Part shown: positions 49,723-58,381 of the stretch, in pieces | Position numbering within the stretch: the first letter of the stretch is position 1 | Layout: the number at the start of each line of letters is the position of its first letter | Source: a bacterium | Lineage (GTDB): Bacteria > Electryoneota > Electryoneia > Electryoneales > Electryoneaceae | Direction of reading: 5' to 3' | DNA length: 64,000 nt | Assembly (NCBI GenBank): GCA_963669175.1 | Contig: OY769902.1 | Span: 5,248,001-5,312,000 of the forward strand | The notes under the pieces: generated by a model | Database searches by the model: none | Told to the model about the DNA's origin: nothing | Seen by the model: the letters and a program-made list of their open reading frames with translations, nothing else | Translations under genes and position numbers: made by a program

Positions 49723-50382
49723 TTCACAAGATGTACAGGATGAACTGATAATTAACAGGATGATAGGATAGTAGGATTTCAAGGATGAAAGATATTAGGG
49801 TAAAGAAAGTAGAAAAGGTAAAGACAGCAACAAATTGACAGAACTCAAATGAAAGCTATATTTATTGACACAATTCCTAATTGCTAATTAATTGAAACTG
49901 ATTCCTAATTACTAATTTGAAAGTATTAATTCCTAATTTCTAATTCTTAATTACTATAGCGGTTATCGAAAGTTTCTGCTGATTGAATAGCCGTCAGCCT
50001 GCTTCAGCAGGCTCCTCTTAGCACCCGGCTTTAGCCGGGTGAAGGGAGATATTCGAAGATATGAGCGAGCTTTAGCGTGCTTGCATGTGGCAAAGAATAC
50101 AAATCAGGAAAGCAACCTGAAGGGCGCTCGATATGTTTGATTTCTGCTACCCCCGGCTGAAGCCGGGGGCTAAGAGGAGCAGGCTAAAGCCTGCTAAACT
50201 TACAAGTTGGTAGTGTGTTAGTGGTTTCCAGAGGATTACGATTCAAGATAGCTACTGCCGTGGAACTGTTGCATTGTTATAATCACTCAGCCCTATCAAC
50301 CTGAAACAGCAAGAACCTCCAAGAAGTACTATAATTAAAGAATTTATCCTTGATATCCTTCTATCCTATTATCCTGTGAGTC
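49721..50382. repeat. AGGAT-nonamer inverted-repeat element, copy A
   Basis: Left arm 49755-49789 pairs with right arm 50343-50377 (31 of 35 positions); encloses an A-rich tract, TTCCTAA heptamers and a REP doublet. Confidence 0.85.
49996..50195. repeat. REP/REPIN-like doublet
   Basis: AGCCTGCTTCAGCAGGCTCCTCTTAGCACCCGGCTTTAGCCGGGTG is inverted relative to CCCCCGGCTGAAGCCGGGGGCTAAGAGGAGCAGGCTAAAGCCTGCT; each arm has two GC hairpins. Confidence 0.75.
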
Positions 50383-50411
50383 AAGTTGTTGAAAGTGAGA
50401 GGAATTCGGGA

Positions 50412-52637
50412 ATGCAGAGATCATTGTTTGGAATTCTTGTGTCTTTGTTGCTACTCGCGGGGTGCAGCAAAGCGCCGGTACCATACATGGACAACGGTGA
50501 GGTGGTATTCAGCTACCGTTCTGCGTCGGCGAAGACTGTCGCTTTGGCGGGAGCGTTCAACGGCTGGTCGGACAGCGCCACACCCATGACTCGCAACGAT
50601 ACCGGTCTCTGGACCGCACGTGTCGGGCTGTCGGTCGGCTACCATGAGTACCGTTTTGTGGTTGACGGCAACTGGATCGCCGACCCTGTCAATCCGGCGA
50701 CCGTGATCAACAACTACGGCGAGCCGAACAGCGTTCTCTATGTCACCCCCACCGCGACCGTCGAGCTGAAAGCCCCGAAAACCGGATCGGACGGCCTGGT
50801 CGAGATGCCCGGCGGAGAAGGTTTCCTCTATGTCAACCTGATCTGGCACCAGCATCAGCCCAACTATTACGACGCCGAAAAGGATCAGCTTATCGCGCCG
50901 TGGGTACGCACCCATACCACCAAGGATTATTACGACATGACCGCGATGCTGAAAGAGCATCCGGATATCCATGTGACCGTGAACCTGACCCCGGTTCTGA
51001 TTGAACAGATTGACCTCTACACCGACCGCCTGGGTGAGTTTTATTCCAGCAAACGTAAACGCCTTGACGCCGACAAATTCCTCGCGAAATACAAGGGCCA
51101 CACCGACCCCTGGATTGACCTGATGTTAACCGATACGGAGGAGTTCGGCCCGGAAGAGGATCAGTACCTGGCACGTAACGAGTGGTCCTGCTTCAGTGTG
51201 GCCCGCACCATCATGAACCGTTTCCCGGAATATGTGGCGTTACGGGAAAAAGACCCCGAAGATTTTACCGTGCAGGACAAGCGTGACCTGAAATGTTTCT
51301 TCTGGCTGGCGCTCTTCGACCCGGATTTCCTGCGTGGCCCGGTGCAGTTGTCGGAAAGCACCACGGTGGATTTGAGCGATTTGGTCACCGAGGGGCCGGG
51401 GGAAAGCTGGACTGTGGGACGTCACTTCTCTGAAGATGATGCGCTTCGACTGGTGTCGGACTTCTACCTGATCGCCTATCGTTTGAAATACCTCCACAAG
51501 GAGATGATGTACAACCCGGCCAGGCATACCGGTCAGGTTGAGATGATTACCACACCCTTCGCGCACCCGATTCTGCCGTTGATCTATGACCTGCACGCCG
51601 GGAAAAGCCCGAACGACCAGGCTCCGGACAGTGTACAGTTCTCCCGGCCGCATGACGCGCAGTGGCATGTCACCCAGGCCAACCAGAACTATTTCGACTG
51701 GTACGGCACCTATCCCAGGGGGATGTGGCCTGCCGAGGGTTCGGTTTCCGCGGATGTGCTCAAGTTGTTTACCCATGCGAATATAGAATGGATTGCTACC
51801 GGCGATGGCGTATTAGCCAAGTCGTTGCCGGAAGGGTTAAAGGCCACTACCCCGTACAAGTTGAAAGACGGTGAAGGCGGTGAAATCGCGATCTTCTTCC
51901 GTGATACCCATCTGTCCGACCTGATCGGGTTCCGTTACCAGCGCTGGAGCCCGGAGCAGGCCTCGGAAGACCTGATTCGTCAGATTCTGGCCCGCGCCCC
52001 GGAAGCGAAAACTGATACGGCCTGCATCACCATCCTGCTGGATGGCGAAAACGCCTGGGAATGGTACGAGCAGGACGCTGACGCTAAGCAGTTCCTGAAC
52101 CAGGTATACACCAAGCTGGCGGAAAAGCAGAACGAAGGACGTCTACTAACGGTCACCCCCATCGAATACCTTGAAGGCAACCCGGAGCGTGGGGTTCCTC
52201 CCCACCCAATTGCGAATCTTCCCGAAATTGAATCCCTCTGGCCGGGATCGTGGATTTATGGGGATTTCAGTACGTGGGTAGGGGAAGATGAAGAGAATCG
52301 TGCCTGGTGGTGGCTAAACAAGGTGCGCCAGGATTACGCTGCCGCGACTGAAGGCTTGTCCCGACAGGAAGAACTGGCCCATGATGACGCCCTGCGGGCG
52401 GCGTGGGCCGCCATGGCCGCAGCGGAAGGGTCCGACTGGTTCTGGTGGTATGGCACCGATCAGAACACCGGGGAAGGGGATTCGCGTTGGGATCAGCTTT
52501 ATCGCGCGCATCTTGAAAGTGTTTATCGTATCTTGCAGGACGATGGCATCGAGATTGAAATGCCCGAGATACCGTCACTTATGGATACCGGGTCTGACGC
52601 GAGTAGTGAAGGCGGGGCGATGGCCCGCGGGGAGTAG
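50412..52637 (+). CDS. GH57 amylopullulanase-like lipoprotein with N-terminal CBM48
   Basis: Lipobox LAGC; LAGAFNGW/YRFVVDGNW; WHQHQP, HPILPL, GMWPAEGSVS, LDGENAWE, AEGSDWFWW. Confidence 0.9.
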   Translation: MQRSLFGILVSLLLLAGCSKAPVPYMDNGEVVFSYRSASAKTVALAGAFNGWSDSATPMTRNDTGLWTARVGLSVGYHEYRFVVDGNWIADPVNPATVINNYGEPNSVLYVTPTATVELKAPKTGSDGLVEMPGGEGFLYVNLIWHQHQPNYYDAEKDQLIAPWVRTHTTKDYYDMTAMLKEHPDIHVTVNLTPVLIEQIDLYTDRLGEFYSSKRKRLDADKFLAKYKGHTDPWIDLMLTDTEEFGPEEDQYLARNEWSCFSVARTIMNRFPEYVALREKDPEDFTVQDKRDLKCFFWLALFDPDFLRGPVQLSESTTVDLSDLVTEGPGESWTVGRHFSEDDALRLVSDFYLIAYRLKYLHKEMMYNPARHTGQVEMITTPFAHPILPLIYDLHAGKSPNDQAPDSVQFSRPHDAQWHVTQANQNYFDWYGTYPRGMWPAEGSVSADVLKLFTHANIEWIATGDGVLAKSLPEGLKATTPYKLKDGEGGEIAIFFRDTHLSDLIGFRYQRWSPEQASEDLIRQILARAPEAKTDTACITILLDGENAWEWYEQDADAKQFLNQVYTKLAEKQNEGRLLTVTPIEYLEGNPERGVPPHPIANLPEIESLWPGSWIYGDFSTWVGEDEENRAWWWLNKVRQDYAAATEGLSRQEELAHDDALRAAWAAMAAAEGSDWFWWYGTDQNTGEGDSRWDQLYRAHLESVYRILQDDGIEIEMPEIPSLMDTGSDASSEGGAMARGE

Positions 52638-52640
52638 TTC

Positions 52641-52962
52641 GATTCACAATTCGATTCACAAGATGGACAGGATGAAAACACAATTAACAGGATGGATTTT
52701 ATTGTATTTACAGGATGCAAAGGATGATTAGGATATCAAGGATGAAAGAAGCAAATAAGGCAAAAAAGATAAAGGAAATAGAAAAAGCGAAAAAAATTCT
52801 TTTTAGATCTAATAACATCTTAATTTGTTAATAAAATTCCTAATTTCTAATTCCTAATTATTAATTAAGCTGTTATCCTTAATATCCTATCATCCTATTA
52901 TCCTGTGAGTTAAAAAGAATCATCCTGAATATTTTAGTTATATCTTGTATATCCTGTAAATC
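52641..52962. repeat. AGGAT-nonamer inverted-repeat element, copy B (no cargo ORF)
   Basis: GATTCACAAGATGGACAGGATG...CAAGGATGAAA left; TTATCCTTAATATCCTATCATCCTATTATCCTGTGAGT...ATCCTGTAAATC right. Confidence 0.85.
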
Positions 52963-52981
52963 CCAGCGTGAGGGGAAAACG

Positions 52982-55201
52982 ATGCGGATTTGGATCGCAT
53001 GTTTGTTACTGGTCAGTATCCTGGTCAGTCCGGGGTTCAGCGAGGAGATGAACATCTCCTTCTGGCATCAGCTCAACTATGCCGAGCGGGTGGTGCTGGA
53101 TGAGCTGATCGAGGAATACGAGGCGACACATTCGGGGATCACGGTCACTCCGATTTACCGTGAGACGGAAGAACTGCGTTCCGCGTACCAGAACTCAGCG
53201 CTTGCGGGCACCGGGCCGGAACTGGTGCATGGCCCCTCGGACCAGATCGGTCCCTTTGCCACCATGAGCATTGTACGTCCGATGGAGACCCTCCTGTCCC
53301 AGGCCGAGCTGGACCGCTTAAACCCGCAGGCGCTGGTCTGGTTCAAGGGCGAGCACGACAGCACCGAACATCTCTACCAGGTCGCGGACCGCCTGGGCAA
53401 TCACCTCACCCTGATCTACAACAAGAAGTACATCACTGAACCACCAACGACCACCGACGACCTGATCAGGATCGGGCAAGAGCAGACAGTTGATATCAAC
53501 GGCGACGGTAAAATCGACCGTTTCGGCCTGGTCTGGAACTTCACCGAACCCTATTTCTTCATTCCCTGGCTGTCTGGGTTCGGCGGCTGGGTGATGGATG
53601 ATGAATACCGTCCTACGCTCGATACCGAAGCCAATCGCAACGCCCTGCAATTCATCATTGACCTGCGTGACAAGTACAAAATCACCCCGCAAAACGCCGA
53701 CTACGAAACCGCGCACAACCTGTTCCTGGAAGAGATGTCGACCATGATCATCAATGGCGACTGGTCCTGGGGCACGTATATCGATAACGGTATCGACATC
53801 GGGGTGGCACGCATCCCGATGGTATCCGAAACCGGGCTGTGGGCCGCGCCGATGGTATCGCCACGCGGGTACAGCATCAATGTGAACATCGAAGAGGCCA
53901 AGCTCGAACCGACACTGGAACTGCTGCGATTCTTCCTGAGCGATGAAGCCCAGCTAAGGATGGCGTTGGCGACCAACATCACCCCCACCAGCAAGACGGT
54001 ATTCGACACGCCGGAACTACAGGCCAACCCGATCATGCAGGCCAGCCTGAGCGAGATCGAGGTTTGCAAACCAATGCCGGTCGCCCCGGAACTGCGTGCG
54101 ATCTGGGACTCCATGCGTCCCTTTTACCAGGCCGCGCTCGGGGGCACCTCCACCGCTGCCGAATCTGCTGCGGGGATGCAGAAAGAAGCGATACGCAAAA
54201 TCCGTGAGATGAACGAGATCACCCAACCGGCCGCCTATGTCGTGATCATGAAGATCTTCGTGTTGTTGGCGCTGGTGGTGGGGATCTGGTTCACACGTTC
54301 AAGCTGGGCAGAGCTGATTCGTGACCTGCGCAAACGTCCGTTCATCTACTGGATGGTCATGCCGGCGTTCATTGTCATCGTGTTGGTGGTGGTTTATCCG
54401 TTTATCTATAACGTAATCCTGTCCGTCTCGAACATGGGCCTGCGGAACTTCGCCAACTGGGAAATAGTCGGCTTGCAGAATTACGGGCAGGTATTCCTTC
54501 ACCCGGATTTTTATACGGTCCTGTTCAAGACGATTGTCTGGACTGTGGTCAATGTGGGATTTCATGTGATCCTGGGCGTGTTCCTGGCCCTGCTGATGAA
54601 CCGTGTCCTGCCGGGCAAAGGCGTGATTCGTACCCTGCTGATCCTGCCCTGGGCGGTGCCGCAGTACATCACCGCGCTGACCTGGCGTGGGATGTTCAAC
54701 CAGGAATACGGCGCGGTGAACCTGATCATCGCCAAGTACCTGCACATGCCGATTGTCAACTGGCTGGGGTCGCCCTTTGAAGCGTTCCTCGCCTGTATCA
54801 TCACCAATGTCTGGCTGGGCTTCCCCTTCATGATGATCGTGGCGCTGGGCGGGTTGCAGTCGATTCCGTACCAGTTGTACGAAGCGGCGGACATTGACGG
54901 CGGCGGATGGTACACCAAGCTGACCAAGATCACGCTACCCCTGCTCAAACCGGTGATGACCCCGGCGATGGTGCTGGGCATGGTCTGGACCTTCAACCAG
55001 CTCAATGTTATCTGGCTGGTATCGAACGCGGGCGAGCCCTCGGACAAGACGCATATCCTGGTGTCGTTCGTATATAAGAGCGCTTTTAACCTGTACCGGT
55101 ATTCCTATGCCGCTGCGATGAGCATGGTGATCTTTGGTATCCTGCTGGCGTTCGGGATCTTCTTTATCAAACGGTCCAAAGCGACTGAAGCGGTTTACTA
55201 G
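52982..55201 (+). CDS. Maltose/maltodextrin ABC transporter, substrate-binding protein fused to MalF-type permease
   Basis: Signal peptide, SBP domain (LIYNKK, MIINGDW), then TM helices with LQSIPYQLYEAADIDG EAA loop. Confidence 0.85.
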   Translation: MRIWIACLLLVSILVSPGFSEEMNISFWHQLNYAERVVLDELIEEYEATHSGITVTPIYRETEELRSAYQNSALAGTGPELVHGPSDQIGPFATMSIVRPMETLLSQAELDRLNPQALVWFKGEHDSTEHLYQVADRLGNHLTLIYNKKYITEPPTTTDDLIRIGQEQTVDINGDGKIDRFGLVWNFTEPYFFIPWLSGFGGWVMDDEYRPTLDTEANRNALQFIIDLRDKYKITPQNADYETAHNLFLEEMSTMIINGDWSWGTYIDNGIDIGVARIPMVSETGLWAAPMVSPRGYSINVNIEEAKLEPTLELLRFFLSDEAQLRMALATNITPTSKTVFDTPELQANPIMQASLSEIEVCKPMPVAPELRAIWDSMRPFYQAALGGTSTAAESAAGMQKEAIRKIREMNEITQPAAYVVIMKIFVLLALVVGIWFTRSSWAELIRDLRKRPFIYWMVMPAFIVIVLVVVYPFIYNVILSVSNMGLRNFANWEIVGLQNYGQVFLHPDFYTVLFKTIVWTVVNVGFHVILGVFLALLMNRVLPGKGVIRTLLILPWAVPQYITALTWRGMFNQEYGAVNLIIAKYLHMPIVNWLGSPFEAFLACIITNVWLGFPFMMIVALGGLQSIPYQLYEAADIDGGGWYTKLTKITLPLLKPVMTPAMVLGMVWTFNQLNVIWLVSNAGEPSDKTHILVSFVYKSAFNLYRYSYAAAMSMVIFGILLAFGIFFIKRSKATEAVY

Positions 55202-55205
55202 GCAG

Positions 55206-56316
55206 AATTCACAGGATGAACAGGATAAAAAACAATTAACAGGATGATAGGATAGAAGGATATCAAGGATGAAATTTAATATTGACAAAAGCACAAAAAA
55301 CAGCATTAGAGATATAATCGACAATAGCGACAAGTCACTAATGAAATATTATCTACCTTTATATAACTGTATAATTAGATCATTTGAATATAATTTTTCA
55401 CAAGGAAAAGATATAGAGAAAACAAGGATATTAACAATATTCTTTTCTCAAGTGTTAAATATTTTACCTGGATTATTAACATCAATCAACAATAGATACA
55501 TTTACGCATCAAATATATTCGTAAGATTATTACAAGAACGAATGTATGAAGGTAGATATATTATTCTAGTTGATAATGCATATTATGATTTTATGCTTAT
55601 AGAGTGGATGCAAAGAGCATATTTATATAAATCGAATCGACAATATGTAAGTTGGTTATATGGATCTGATAAAGGAACAGAACACATATTTACTCAGCAG
55701 GAAATAGATGCCAGTAATAAAAAAATAGAAAAGGCTTTATTAAATGATGGCCTGACTTACTTGAGAAATCACCCAGAGATCAGCAATGACACTATTAGTT
55801 CTATAAATCAATATCATGATCTACTTTGTCATCCAAAGATAAAGGAAATGAAAAGTTCATGGTATAAATCTCGCAAGAGAAATATCAACAACTTTGATGA
55901 TTTAAAAAGTTTTGTTATCAAGAATTTAGAGAATGATAAAATTATGTTTAGCGAATATGCTTTTGATTTTCCAGGAAACAGAGAAAAATCCAGTGCTGTC
56001 ATACACAGTAGCTGGTATAGATTAAACCACATGATTAATATTAATTATAGAGATGACTATAACGATGTTATAGAATTTGTAATAGACAATAACGAAGATG
56101 AGTCTTTAAAGATATTAAAAAATTGTCTTATTTACATTTATGGTATCTACAGGAATATGATAAACTATATCCCGACAAAAAAAATGAATATCGAAATTGA
56201 TAAAAATATTACTGATATATACGGTGTTAATATTACCAAGAATTCTTAACTTTCTATTATTTTATTATCTTGTTAATCATGTATTTATCTTGTATATCTT
56301 GTTAATCCTTGTGAGT
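55206..56316. repeat. AGGAT-nonamer inverted-repeat element, copy C, enclosing a cargo gene
   Basis: Left arm 55206-55274; more degenerate right arm ATCTTGT/ATCCTTGTGAGT at ~56265-56316. Confidence 0.8.
55269..56249 (+). CDS. AT-rich orphan, weakly DUF5677/HEPN-like helical protein
   Basis: 326-aa ORF, very AT-rich; FVRLLQE and REKSSAVIH motifs; family call is tentative. Confidence 0.55.
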   Translation: MKFNIDKSTKNSIRDIIDNSDKSLMKYYLPLYNCIIRSFEYNFSQGKDIEKTRILTIFFSQVLNILPGLLTSINNRYIYASNIFVRLLQERMYEGRYIILVDNAYYDFMLIEWMQRAYLYKSNRQYVSWLYGSDKGTEHIFTQQEIDASNKKIEKALLNDGLTYLRNHPEISNDTISSINQYHDLLCHPKIKEMKSSWYKSRKRNINNFDDLKSFVIKNLENDKIMFSEYAFDFPGNREKSSAVIHSSWYRLNHMININYRDDYNDVIEFVIDNNEDESLKILKNCLIYIYGIYRNMINYIPTKKMNIEIDKNITDIYGVNITKNS

Positions 56317-56335
56317 AAAGTTGCAGGAGTGATAG

Positions 56336-57169
56336 ATGCAGAAAGACAAGCTGTGGGTTCGGGTGATCATATACGCGATCCTGTTCGTGTTCATCGTGAT
56401 ATCGGTGTACCCGGTGATCCGTGTGCTCTCGATTTCGCTACGTCCGGGCGACCGTCTGTTGAGCACCTCGCTGGCGATCATCCCCGATGACGCGACCCTG
56501 TCGAATTTCGTGGTGCTGTTCACCGAACGTCCGTTCCTGCGTTGGGTGTGGAACAGTACGCTCGTCACCACTGCTGTAACCCTTCTCGGGGTGGCGTTGG
56601 CGTCCACCAGCGGCTACATCATGAGCCGGTATAAGTTCGTTGGACGCACGGCCGCGATGACCGCGATCCTCACCACGCAGATGTTCCCTGCGACCATGCT
56701 GCTGCTGCCGATGTACATCATTATCAGCAAGATGGGCCTGCTGAACAGCTATATCGGGCTCATTGTGGTGTACAGCGCAACCGCTCTGCCCTTCTGTGTC
56801 TGGACCATGAAAGGGTATTACGATACCATCCCCTATTCGCTGGAAGAAGCGGCGATGATTGACGGCTGCAATCGTTTTGAATCGTTTTACAAGGTCGTGC
56901 TGCCGCTGGTCAGCCCGGCGCTGGTAATTACCGGCCTGTTCAGCTTCATCTCGAGCTGGTCGGAATACCTGGTCGCGGCTCAGATCCTGCAGGACCCGAA
57001 GATGTATACGCTCCCCATCGGGCTGAAGCAGTTCCAGCAGAACATGAGCACCGACTGGGGGCTGTACTCGGCGGGGGCGCTGGTGGTGTCCATCCCGGTG
57101 ATCGTCCTGTTCATGATCGCGAATAGATGGCTGGTTAGTGGACTTACTCTCGGTGGAGTTAAGGAATGA
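56336..57169 (+). CDS. malG: Sugar ABC transporter permease (MalG-type)
   Basis: WVWNS, TQMFPA, DTIPYSLEEAAMIDG, LVSGLTLGGVKE. Confidence 0.85.
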   Translation: MQKDKLWVRVIIYAILFVFIVISVYPVIRVLSISLRPGDRLLSTSLAIIPDDATLSNFVVLFTERPFLRWVWNSTLVTTAVTLLGVALASTSGYIMSRYKFVGRTAAMTAILTTQMFPATMLLLPMYIIISKMGLLNSYIGLIVVYSATALPFCVWTMKGYYDTIPYSLEEAAMIDGCNRFESFYKVVLPLVSPALVITGLFSFISSWSEYLVAAQILQDPKMYTLPIGLKQFQQNMSTDWGLYSAGALVVSIPVIVLFMIANRWLVSGLTLGGVKE

Positions 57170-57468
57170 TTCACAAGATGAACAGGATAAAATAACAGGA
57201 TGAACAAGATTTGACTCACAGGATGGTAAGATAGAAGGATATCAAGGATGAAAGAAGTAAAAAAGGTAAAAAACGTAAAGAAGGTAAAGAAAGCCAGGAT
57301 AATATCTAAAAATATTCTTGAGAAATATAACTCCTTATTTCTAATTTCTAATTCCTAATTCCTAATTCCTAATTAAGAAGTTATCCTTATCATCCTATTA
57401 TCCTATCATCCTGTCAGAAGGTAGTTTATCTTGTTAATCAGCAGTTAATCCTGTATATCCTGTAAATC
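57168..57468. repeat. AGGAT-nonamer inverted-repeat element, copy D
   Basis: Outer GATTCACAAGATG...ATCCTGTAAATC and inner GACTCACAGGATG...ATCCTGTC pairs; (TTYCTAA)5 at ~57338-57374. Confidence 0.85.
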
Positions 57469-57475
57469 GAGAGAG

Positions 57476-58120
57476 GTGAGAGTGGGAAAGAAGTTGTGTC
57501 CGAAGGTGATTCTTGAGGGAACACGGTTGACATTCAAGACCGAGATTGCTTTTGCCCTCAACGAGCACCCTCGTGTGGTCGGCCCCAAGAAATACCGTTA
57601 TCACAGCCCGGTAATTTCTGCGGAATGGTGCGGGTTCACCAATTTCCCGTGGGGACGTGGCCCGATCAACTTCGATCCCGAGACCGAAGAAGCGCGAGCG
57701 ATGGACGTCTACCGTACCTGGGCGCACCTGATCGAGCTGCAACGTTATTATTCGTGGATCGTTGACCGTTTCCATATCTCGACCAGGCTTTACCAGCGTC
57801 ACGTGCACGGCAAGGAATATGATTTCGGCTGGCTGGAAGAACGTCTGCACAACCTCGGCTTTCACCTGGTCGTCTGCCATCGTTCTTCGGATTCGTTCAA
57901 GGCCGCACGCAAGGAACGGTTGAAAGTATCGGGCAAACCATCTCAGTACGATAACTTGCAGGCGTTTATCGACGAGCAGAGCGAATACATTGAAGAGGGG
58001 CGGAAATCCCTGTTGCCCTGCCTGGAACTGGATGTGTCGGACAATTCGGTTGCGAACGCTGCGGACCGTATCGCAGACTGGCTGGGGCAAAATGGCGGCC
58101 TGTACGCGAAAGAGCCATGA
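57476..58120 (+). CDS. Hypothetical protein, degenerate nucleoside-monophosphate-kinase-like P-loop fold
   Basis: KVILEGTRLTFKTE and IVDRFHIS resemble the thymidylate kinase P-loop and DR motifs; host-like codon use. Confidence 0.5.
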   Translation: MRVGKKLCPKVILEGTRLTFKTEIAFALNEHPRVVGPKKYRYHSPVISAEWCGFTNFPWGRGPINFDPETEEARAMDVYRTWAHLIELQRYYSWIVDRFHISTRLYQRHVHGKEYDFGWLEERLHNLGFHLVVCHRSSDSFKAARKERLKVSGKPSQYDNLQAFIDEQSEYIEEGRKSLLPCLELDVSDNSVANAADRIADWLGQNGGLYAKEP

Positions 58121-58126
58121 TTTTTT

Positions 58127-58355
58127 CTCACAGGATACTAGGATATAAAGATATCAAGGATAAAGAATTATATTTAAGCTTAAAAGAAATATGTTCATAC
58201 TGTAATATATCTATCAACTATTAATTCTTAATTCTTAATTCTTAATTTATTTTCATCATCCTTTTATCCTAATATCCTGTTAGGCAATAGTAGTTAAGTG
58301 TGGCGACAGCCGAGAATAGAGTGTATCTTTCACAATCCTGTACATCCTGTAAACC
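58127..58355. repeat. AGGAT-nonamer inverted-repeat element, copy E
   Basis: CTCACAGGATACTAGGATATAAAGATATCAAGGATAAA left; (TTCTTAA)3; ATCCTTTTATCCTAATATCCTGT...ATCCTGTACATCCTGTAAAC right. Confidence 0.8.
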
Positions 58356-58381
58356 GGATGTTTGAACTTGCGGAGAGAACG

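Noticed and set aside
49721-58355. Intergenic repeats as a CRISPR array or integron attC sites
   Set aside because: No constant direct repeat with unique equal-length spacers, no cas or intI gene, and no RYYYAAC/GTTRRRY attC ends; the units are tandem nonamers in inverted arms.
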